Shown in pieces: positions 57,360 to 64,000 of a stretch of DNA of 64,000 nucleotides (within the stretch, counting starts at the first letter, position 1; every line of letters starts with the position of its first letter). Origin of the DNA: an uncultured Rhodobacterales bacterium (GTDB taxonomy: Bacteria > Pseudomonadota > Alphaproteobacteria > Puniceispirillales > Marisalimonadaceae); NCBI GenBank assembly GCA_964519035.1, contig CAZFKZ010000004.1:9820-73819 (forward strand), given 5' to 3'. The translations under genes and the position numbers were made by a program. The notes beneath the pieces were generated by a model that saw nothing but the letters and a program-made list of their open reading frames with translations, made no database searches and was not told the DNA's origin.

Positions 57360-58364
57360 TTAACAAAATTTTTCAGGTCCTTCCCATTGAGCGATAGAGT
57401 ACCTATCTCCATGACACCAACCTACAGGTAATATATCTTCAATTTCTTTGATTTGGTTCTCTGATAGTTTAAATGAACCACCGACAGCATGTTCTTTTAA
57501 GTGTTCAACAGATCTTGTTCCAGGAATAGTAATAATATTATTACCTTTTTGAAGAAGCCAAGCAATTGATAATGAGGCTGTAGATATTTTATAGTCTTTG
57601 GCGTATTCTCTTATTTTTTTAGTTATATTTGTATTATAATCTAAGTTCTTACCATTAAATCTAGGGTTTGCTCTCAAAAAATCAATTAATTGTGCTTTTT
57701 CCTTTGTTGGAGGGTTGTCGGTTAATAAACCTCTGCCTAGAGGAGAAAATGCTACAAGGCTTGTGTTATTTTTTTTTGTTGCCTGTAACAGTCCTAATTC
57801 AGGACTCCTAACGCTCAAAGAATATTCATTTTGAACAGCCGCAACAGGGTGTATCTTAGAGGCTCTTTCTAAAGATGAGGGTGCAATTTCAGAAAAACCA
57901 AAATTTTTTATTTTTCCTTCTTTAATAAATATTTTTAAAGTCTCTACTACTTCCTCAATTTCAATACTTTGATCCCTTCGATGTATATAAAAAAGATCAA
58001 TACATTCTAAGCCTAATCGTTTAAGGCTATTAGTAAGTTCTAGTCTAAGATGACTTTCTGAATTATCAAACTCTCTTTCACCAGTTACTGAGTTTTTTGA
58101 AATTGACGCTTTTGTAGCTATTTTAAATAAAGAATTTTTTTGTTTACCTTGTTTTAACAAAAAATTGCCTATTACAGTTTCAGATTGCCCCATTCCATAA
58201 ACATTTGATGTATCAATATGATTTATTTCAAAGTCCAATGCACTTGAGAGAATATTATGCGAAGATTTTTCATCAGTCTTTCCATAAAAATCTGTAAATG
58301 ACATAGCTCCAATACCTACAGCGGATATGATGGTGTTAGTATTACCTAATTTTCTTTTTAACAT
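57360..58364 (-). CDS. Aldo/keto reductase
   Basis: 334 aa with HIDTSNVYGMGQSE, IDLFYIHRRD and FSPLGRGLL. Confidence 0.9.
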   Translation of the reverse strand: MLKRKLGNTNTIISAVGIGAMSFTDFYGKTDEKSSHNILSSALDFEINHIDTSNVYGMGQSETVIGNFLLKQGKQKNSLFKIATKASISKNSVTGEREFDNSESHLRLELTNSLKRLGLECIDLFYIHRRDQSIEIEEVVETLKIFIKEGKIKNFGFSEIAPSSLERASKIHPVAAVQNEYSLSVRSPELGLLQATKKNNTSLVAFSPLGRGLLTDNPPTKEKAQLIDFLRANPRFNGKNLDYNTNITKKIREYAKDYKISTASLSIAWLLQKGNNIITIPGTRSVEHLKEHAVGGSFKLSENQIKEIEDILPVGWCHGDRYSIAQWEGPEKFC

Positions 58365-58381
58365 CTAAATTCTTTCTGCAT

Positions 58382-59356
58382 CTAAAAACTTAAAACTATA
58401 GATCCTGTTGTTAATCTATTTTCCATTTTATGTTGGGCTTGTTTAATGTCATCAATTGGTATTATTTCACTAATATTAACTTTAATTTCTTCTTTATATA
58501 AAAGATCAAATAAGTGATTTGCATTTTGTTGCATATCATCATGTTTCTTTATAAATGTATTCAAACCTCCAGTAGATATTGAGCCTGATATTGGTCTTAT
58601 AGTGTTTAAATCTATTGGACCTATTGGGCCTGAAGAAACTCCAAAACTAACTAATCTCCCTTTTGGTGCCAGGCATTTAAGTCCTGATGAAAACGTATCT
58701 TTTCCAACAGAATCATATATTACATCAACTCCTTGATTGTTTGTGATTTCTAAAACTTTCTCTTTAAAGTCTTCTTCTAAATAATTAATCGTGTGATGAC
58801 ATCCATTTTGTTTTGCTATTAGTTCTTTTTCTTTAGTGCTAACTGTTCCAATTACAGTTGCCCCAATTTTATTTGCCCATTGACATAATATTTGTCCAAC
58901 TCCTCCAGCAGATGCATGCATTAGTATCACTTGACCTTTTTTTAATTCATATGAAGAGTTTAGTAAATATTGAGCTGTTAAGCCTTGTAAAGTTGTTGCT
59001 GCTGCAATTTTTAAATCAAAATTTTGATTTAATTTGATTATCTTATTTTCTGGAAGATGCATTATATTTGAGAATGATCCTAAATTCATGCAATGGGTTA
59101 CCTTATCACCAACTTTAAACTTAGTAACTTGTGACCCAATTTGGATTATGAATCCTGACGCTTCCATGCCCATGATAGATGGAAGTGTTTTAAGAGGATA
59201 AGTCCCTTTTCTTTGATTGATGTCTATAAAGTTTAATCCAGCATATTCATGCTTAATTAATACTTCATTAGAATTAATATCTCTTAACTCAGATTCTTCA
59301 ATTTTCAAAACATCAATTGAACCCTGCTCATAAATTTTAACTACCTTTGATTTCAT
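58382..59356 (-). CDS. NADPH:quinone oxidoreductase (zeta-crystallin/Qor type)
   Basis: 324 aa with VLIKHEYAGLNFIDINQRKGTYP and MHASAGGVGQILCQWA. Confidence 0.85.
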   Translation of the reverse strand: MKSKVVKIYEQGSIDVLKIEESELRDINSNEVLIKHEYAGLNFIDINQRKGTYPLKTLPSIMGMEASGFIIQIGSQVTKFKVGDKVTHCMNLGSFSNIMHLPENKIIKLNQNFDLKIAAATTLQGLTAQYLLNSSYELKKGQVILMHASAGGVGQILCQWANKIGATVIGTVSTKEKELIAKQNGCHHTINYLEEDFKEKVLEITNNQGVDVIYDSVGKDTFSSGLKCLAPKGRLVSFGVSSGPIGPIDLNTIRPISGSISTGGLNTFIKKHDDMQQNANHLFDLLYKEEIKVNISEIIPIDDIKQAQHKMENRLTTGSIVLSF

Positions 59357-59357
59357 A

Positions 59358-60020
59358 TTATTCCTTCAATAAATGATTAATTAGGAAATTACCTAATATA
59401 TCCGATCCTCCTTCAGTGCCGAAAGATTCTGGATGGTATTGTATTCCATAAATAGGATATTTTTTATGTTTGATTGACATTATTTCATTGGTTTCATTCA
59501 TATTTTTAAAGTTAGTGTTAATAACTTGTTTATCTTCATCTTGTGAAACAGCATTAATTTCTAAACAGTCTGGTAATGTTGTTGAGTCTACTATGAGCGA
59601 ATGATATCTCATTATTTCAACATTTTGAGGAATATTTAAATGTAGTCCTTTGTTATCATGTGTTAAAAAAGAAGTTTTTCCATGCATTGGCTCTTTTGCG
59701 TGTATTATGTTACCTCCAAAGGAATGAACTATACCCTGCATACCTAAACATATACCTAGTAATGGAACTGTTGGTCCAAATCTTAAAATAGTTTCTTCAC
59801 ATATACCAAAATATTTTTTTTTATCTGGAGATCCTGGTCCTGGAGAAATAATGATTTTATCAGGCTTTAAATTTTTAATATCATTTAAATTAATTTTATC
59901 ATTTCTTTTAACAATAATATCATGCTTTGAATTAGATAATTGTTTATTTAATATTTCACCACAACATTGATAAAGATTGAAAGTAAATGAATCATAATTA
60001 TCAATAATTAAAATTTTCAT
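59358..60020 (-). CDS. trpG: Anthranilate synthase component II (class I glutamine amidotransferase; PabA function not excluded)
   Basis: 220 aa with nucleophile segment LGICLGMQGI and GIQYHPES. 4-nt overlap with the component I gene. Confidence 0.8.
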   Translation of the reverse strand: MKILIIDNYDSFTFNLYQCCGEILNKQLSNSKHDIIVKRNDKINLNDIKNLKPDKIIISPGPGSPDKKKYFGICEETILRFGPTVPLLGICLGMQGIVHSFGGNIIHAKEPMHGKTSFLTHDNKGLHLNIPQNVEIMRYHSLIVDSTTLPDCLEINAVSQDEDKQVINTNFKNMNETNEIMSIKHKKYPIYGIQYHPESFGTEGGSDILGNFLINHLLKE

Positions 60021-61423
60021 TTTGTTTTCTTTTCAAATTGTTTAAGAACTATTTTCATAGCTTCTAATTTTCTTTCAATTTCAATATACTCTTTCTCAGG
60101 ATCTGAATCATAAACGTTTCCTCCGCAAGTTTGGGCATATGCTTTTTCTCCTTTTATAAATAAAGATCTAATAGGTATTGCAAAAGTACAGTCTCCATTA
60201 AAGCCAAATTGACCAATAGCCCCTCCATATGGACCTCTACCTTCTGGCTCAATTCTATTAATAATTTTCATTGCCTCAATTTTAGGTGCTCCAGATAAAG
60301 TTCCGGCTGGAAAGTTTGCTGATAATGCTGAAAACATATCTTCATCTTCTTTAATAATTCCTACAATTTCAGAAGATATATGTTGAACATGAGAATATTT
60401 TTTTATGTCCATTAAGCTTCTTACTTTTACAGTTCCAAATTTTGCAACACGTCCAATATCATTTCTATGAAGATCAACTAACATATTATGTTCTGCAATT
60501 TCTTTTGGATCGTTAAGAAGCTCTCGTGCGAGTTTTAAATCTTCAACTTTGTTCGAACCTCTTTTATTGGTTCCAGCTAATGGAAATGTTTCCATTTCTC
60601 CATTTCTTAGTCTAAATAATAGTTCTGGAGATGCACCAATTATTTTTTGATCATTAAACTTCATATAGTACATATGAGGGGAAGGATTAAGTTCTCGTAA
60701 TTTAGAATATATTTCTGAAGTGTTTCCTTTAATATTATAATAACTTTTAAACCCAACTTCACACTGAAATATCAACCCATTTTTAATATCTTCTTTTATT
60801 TTAAGTACAGCTTTCTTGTGATCATCTTTATTCATGGTATTACCAAGGAATTCACATTCCACATAATCATCTGTAATATCTTTTTTATTTAAAATATCTT
60901 TTAAGTTTTCAATTTGGTTTTTTTGGTAATAATAGTAAAAAATTTCACCTGTCATTTGATCAAATACTAAACCATCAAGATATACTCCAAATTTAAAGGT
61001 TTCAAAATCTTCATTTTTTTTTATATTTAAATCATCTTCAAAAAAATTGATACTGTCGTAGCTTATAAAACCAACTAATCCTCCAGCATACTTCCTTGAT
61101 ATAATATTTTGAGGAACTATAGTACGTAGCGTAAAATAAGGATTTTCACATTTATACTTTTTTTCAGTTTTCTTTAATGTATCACTTATCGATAATTCAT
61201 TTCTTTTGTTTGAAGAAATTAAGTACCTTGGGTCAAATCCAATAATATGAAATCGTGATACATTACTTTCTTCACCTAATGACTCGAATAAAAAGCAATT
61301 ATCGTAATTATCTTCTATTTTTTTAAATATTGAAAAAAAATTATAATCGTCACCTAATTTAATATATTTAGGTTTTCCTTCAATTACGATTTTATCTGGT
61401 ATAGCCTCATTCATTTTTTTCAT
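60017..61423 (-). CDS. trpE: Anthranilate synthase component I (chorismate-utilising enzyme; PabB not fully excluded)
   Basis: 468 aa with FLFESLGEESNVSRF (Trp-feedback-like LLES...SR region), NPSPHMYYM, FPLAGTNKRG (Ala rather than the PabB Lys in P-I-K-G-T), LSGAPK and GPYGGAIG. Confidence 0.8.
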   Translation of the reverse strand: MKKMNEAIPDKIVIEGKPKYIKLGDDYNFFSIFKKIEDNYDNCFLFESLGEESNVSRFHIIGFDPRYLISSNKRNELSISDTLKKTEKKYKCENPYFTLRTIVPQNIISRKYAGGLVGFISYDSINFFEDDLNIKKNEDFETFKFGVYLDGLVFDQMTGEIFYYYYQKNQIENLKDILNKKDITDDYVECEFLGNTMNKDDHKKAVLKIKEDIKNGLIFQCEVGFKSYYNIKGNTSEIYSKLRELNPSPHMYYMKFNDQKIIGASPELLFRLRNGEMETFPLAGTNKRGSNKVEDLKLARELLNDPKEIAEHNMLVDLHRNDIGRVAKFGTVKVRSLMDIKKYSHVQHISSEIVGIIKEDEDMFSALSANFPAGTLSGAPKIEAMKIINRIEPEGRGPYGGAIGQFGFNGDCTFAIPIRSLFIKGEKAYAQTCGGNVYDSDPEKEYIEIERKLEAMKIVLKQFEKKTK

Positions 61424-61703
61424 TCTTAATAAGTTTTAATTTTTGTAAAATAGGAATTTTTTTTTCAAATACTTTTTCTTTTTCTAAGGCATTTGCCCCT
61501 CGTGTAACAGTAGCAATGCCTACATTTAAAATTTCTGATATTTCTCTATGTTTTCTTCCTTGCATTAAAAGCTGAAATATTTTAATTCGATTTTCTAATT
61601 CTTTTAACTCTTTCCTTGTCAATAAAGCTTCTAAAAATAAAGACATATCTTTTTTATTATTAATTGAAGTAAGTATTGTATTTAAAAAGTTATAATTTTT
61701 CAT
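61407..61703 (-). CDS. TrpR-related YerC/YecD-family DNA-binding protein
   Basis: 98 aa. LTRKELKELENRIKIFQLLMQGRKHREISEILNVGIATVTRGANAL fits the Trp-repressor fold HTH. Overlaps the trpE start. Confidence 0.7.
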   Translation of the reverse strand: MKNYNFLNTILTSINNKKDMSLFLEALLTRKELKELENRIKIFQLLMQGRKHREISEILNVGIATVTRGANALEKEKVFEKKIPILQKLKLIKNEKNE

Positions 61704-61715
61704 GTACTAGTACAT
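61702..61715. promoter_or_regulatory. Candidate trp-operator-like palindrome overlapping the TrpR-like start codon
   Basis: Perfect 14-bp palindrome ATGTACTAGTACAT. It contains ACTAGTAC, identical to the right arm of the E. coli trp operator (consensus GTACTAGTTAACTAGTAC). Confidence 0.4.
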
Positions 61716-61763
61716 TATTTTATTTGTTAAGTTATTATATTCATTAAAAAGGAAAATGATATA

Positions 61764-61970
61764 TTATATGGCTTTTAAATTTCCAGCAGAAACTTTACCG
61801 TCTTTGCCGTCTTCAAGTTCATATTGTATTTTTTGATCTGGTTGTAATGTTGTCATTCCAGCAGCCTGAACTGCACTTATATGGACAAACACATCTTTAT
61901 CTCCACCTTCAGGCTCAATAAACCCAAAACCTTTTGTTGGATTAAACCATTTTACTGTTCCTGTAGCCAT
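61764..61970 (-). CDS. Cold-shock protein (CspA family), second paralog
   Basis: 68 aa, [31 protein letters not shown]. Confidence 0.95.
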   Translation of the reverse strand: MATGTVKWFNPTKGFGFIEPEGGDKDVFVHISAVQAAGMTTLQPDQKIQYELEDGKDGKVSAGNLKAI

Positions 61971-62138
61971 TTTATTTCCTTTTCTTTGCTTAAACTTTTT
62001 AAAGCATTGTAGTTGATATAAATATTTACTTTAAAATATCCAAGATACTTTATTAACAAATATTATGATATTTTATCTTCATCTAACATCACCCAATAAT
62101 CATATTAAATATAATTTAATTAAGCAAGCTTTGAAATA

Positions 62139-63062
62139 TCAGCTATATTCGTTTTCTTTTGCTTTAATAATTGAACTCACCGCGGTGTTATATGGGGTCT
62201 CAAAGCCTAATTCTTTTCCTAATGTTACTACCATTCCGTTAATAGCATCCACTTCAGATAATCTTTTTGCTTCTACGTCTTGAAGCATTGATGGCTTTGA
62301 GTCTAACAGATTTTTGCCAAAATCTGTTATGTACTTGACTGTATCACCAAAAGTGAAATTAACGTTTTTAATATCTCCCATTTGTTTTGCTTCTAAGGCA
62401 CATCCCTTAGCTATATTGAACATATGCTCATTATTCATAACTTCTCCAAGAGTTTTACCAAAAATTGAACAAGATCCACTGTAAGCTACGTTACATACAA
62501 ATTTTTCCCAAATTAATTGTTCTATGTCTTCAAAAGCTTTTGCGTTAAAACCTGCATCACACCAAATTTTAACTAAATCATTTAATCTTGGAGTTATTCC
62601 TCCATTCATTTCACCAATTCTGATCATACTCATGTTATTGTGGTGAGCATGGCCAGGGCCTAACATTGATGCTCCAAAACCTTGTGCTACTCCCAACAGA
62701 ATATTATCAGTAGGCATATATGAAGCTATTCTCTCACCTGCACCAAGTCCATTTTGTATTGTTAATATGATGGCTTCTTTGGAAATTATTTTGCTAAGTT
62801 TAGATGCAACCGTTCCAACTCCGGAAGCTTTAGTAGCTATTATAAAAAGATCACAGTCTCTAGCATCTTCAATACTGTTAGAGACTTTTACATTTTTAAC
62901 AACATTATCGCCGCTAAAACCTGATACTCTGAGACCATTCTCTCTAATGGCATTTAGATGATCTTCCCATAGATCTATTGCTAAAACATCATTATTATTC
63001 CTAGCAAGAAAGGATGCATAAATTGATCCCATTGCTCCAGCGCCTAAAACAGCTATTTTCAT
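62139..63062 (-). CDS. panE: 2-dehydropantoate 2-reductase (ApbA/PanE family)
   Basis: 307 aa with MKIAVLGAGAMGSIYASFLA, IIATKASG, TIQNGLG and SMLQDVEAKRLSEVDAING. Confidence 0.85.
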   Translation of the reverse strand: MKIAVLGAGAMGSIYASFLARNNNDVLAIDLWEDHLNAIRENGLRVSGFSGDNVVKNVKVSNSIEDARDCDLFIIATKASGVGTVASKLSKIISKEAIILTIQNGLGAGERIASYMPTDNILLGVAQGFGASMLGPGHAHHNNMSMIRIGEMNGGITPRLNDLVKIWCDAGFNAKAFEDIEQLIWEKFVCNVAYSGSCSIFGKTLGEVMNNEHMFNIAKGCALEAKQMGDIKNVNFTFGDTVKYITDFGKNLLDSKPSMLQDVEAKRLSEVDAINGMVVTLGKELGFETPYNTAVSSIIKAKENEYS

Positions 63063-63080
63063 TTTTAATCTCCTTATAAA

Positions 63081-63983
63081 TTACTTTATAAACGTTCCAT
63101 TATTAAGTTCTTTCATTGCATTATTTAACTCTTCTTCTGTATTCATAACGATTGGACCATGCCAAGCAACAGGTTCCTTAATAGGAGTTCCTGAAATTAA
63201 AAGAAACCTTAAACCTTCTTTACCAGATTTAACTTTAACCTCGTCCCCATTATCAAAAGTTATTAATGTTCGATTTCCTGATAAATCTTTAATTACAAAA
63301 TCCTCATTTTTATATGATTTTTCTAAATTTATACCATCTGGTATTGAAGCGTAATTAAAATTTCCAGATCCTTCAAATATATATGCAAAGCAATTATTAT
63401 AAGTTGAGACTGGTATAGTCTTATCTTTATTTGGCGGAACATAGATATCTAGATATTGTGGCGCAGAAGCAATGCCAGTAACTTTACCTTTATAACCTTT
63501 ATACTCCCCTGCCATTATTTTTATTATAGTTCCATCATCATCATAAAGTTTTTTAATTTCCGAGCTCGTAATGTCTTGATATTTAGGTTCTGTCATTTTA
63601 AGATTTGAAGGAAGGTTTGCCCATAATTGAAAGCCATGCATTTGCCCTTTTATATTTCCTTTAGGCATTTCTTGATGAAGGATACCTGACCCAGCAGTCA
63701 TCCATTGAATATCACCTTCATATAATTGGCCATTATTACCAAGGCTATCAGCGTGTTCTACAGAACCTTTTATAATATAAGTGATTGTCTCTATTCCTCT
63801 ATGAGGATGCCAAGGAAAACCTTTTATATAATCATTAGGATTATTATTTCTAAAGTCATCTAGTAATAGAAAAGGATCAAATTGACTAGTATCACCAAAG
63901 CCAAAAGCTCTATTTAAGTGAACTCCAGCACCTTCTAAGACAGGCTTTGATGAAGTAATATCTATTATGGGCCTAAAAGTCAT
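63081..63983 (-). CDS. Pirin-family protein
   Basis: 300 aa with FPWHPHRGIETITYIIKGSVEHADSLGN, a bicupin metal-binding motif. Confidence 0.9.
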   Translation of the reverse strand: MTFRPIIDITSSKPVLEGAGVHLNRAFGFGDTSQFDPFLLLDDFRNNNPNDYIKGFPWHPHRGIETITYIIKGSVEHADSLGNNGQLYEGDIQWMTAGSGILHQEMPKGNIKGQMHGFQLWANLPSNLKMTEPKYQDITSSEIKKLYDDDGTIIKIMAGEYKGYKGKVTGIASAPQYLDIYVPPNKDKTIPVSTYNNCFAYIFEGSGNFNYASIPDGINLEKSYKNEDFVIKDLSGNRTLITFDNGDEVKVKSGKEGLRFLLISGTPIKEPVAWHGPIVMNTEEELNNAMKELNNGTFIK

Positions 63984-64000
63984 CTGATATCCTCAAATTT

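Overview
The window is very AT-rich and tightly packed, with many 1-17 nt gene overlaps, few spacers over 200 nt, and no rRNA, CRISPR, transposase or integrase. This resembles a streamlined marine alphaproteobacterium (SAR11/Pelagibacterales-like), but that is inference from composition and gene content. All homology calls were made by eye from remembered family motifs; no searches were run.

Layout:
- 1-14.5 kb, core housekeeping: a GT4 glycosyltransferase, the conserved thrS-infC-rpmI-rplT-pheS-pheT cluster, tRNA-Thr(GGU), murA, hisG-hisD, infA-maf-RNase E/G-like-yacG, and tRNA-Phe(GAA).
- 14.5-64 kb, a long run of transport and small-organic-acid catabolism genes:
  - a BMP-type ABC transporter, a TAXI-TRAP transporter, EamA/TauE/AbrB-type membrane proteins;
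  - two HpcH aldolases, two Ldh_2 dehydrogenases, and an HMG-CoA-lyase-like/CoA-transferase/crotonase/IPMDH-like/PrpF operon;
  - a fused FAD/Fe-S 2-hydroxyacid oxidase, a BisC-type molybdoenzyme, malonyl-CoA decarboxylase, and OYE, LLM, AKR and Qor oxidoreductases;
  - three to four MarR-like regulators, two cold-shock genes with long leaders, and a TrpR-like gene in front of trpE-trpG.

Best candidate for an undescribed system: a MarR-linked, translationally coupled three-gene membrane module at 54.2-56.2 kb. It has a 152-aa MotA/ExbB-like channel protein, an ExbD/TolR-like Asp-anchored protein with an unrecognised periplasmic domain, and a 2-TM partner. No known output partner (TonB, Tol-Pal, flagellar, gliding, Zorya) is nearby.

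Other notable points:
- infC appears to start at a non-canonical ATA codon that the ORF track missed.
- A trp-operator-like palindrome overlaps the TrpR-like start codon.
- An intrinsic-terminator-like hairpin lies between the TAXI binding-protein and permease genes.
- Several catabolic operons have unassigned substrates.
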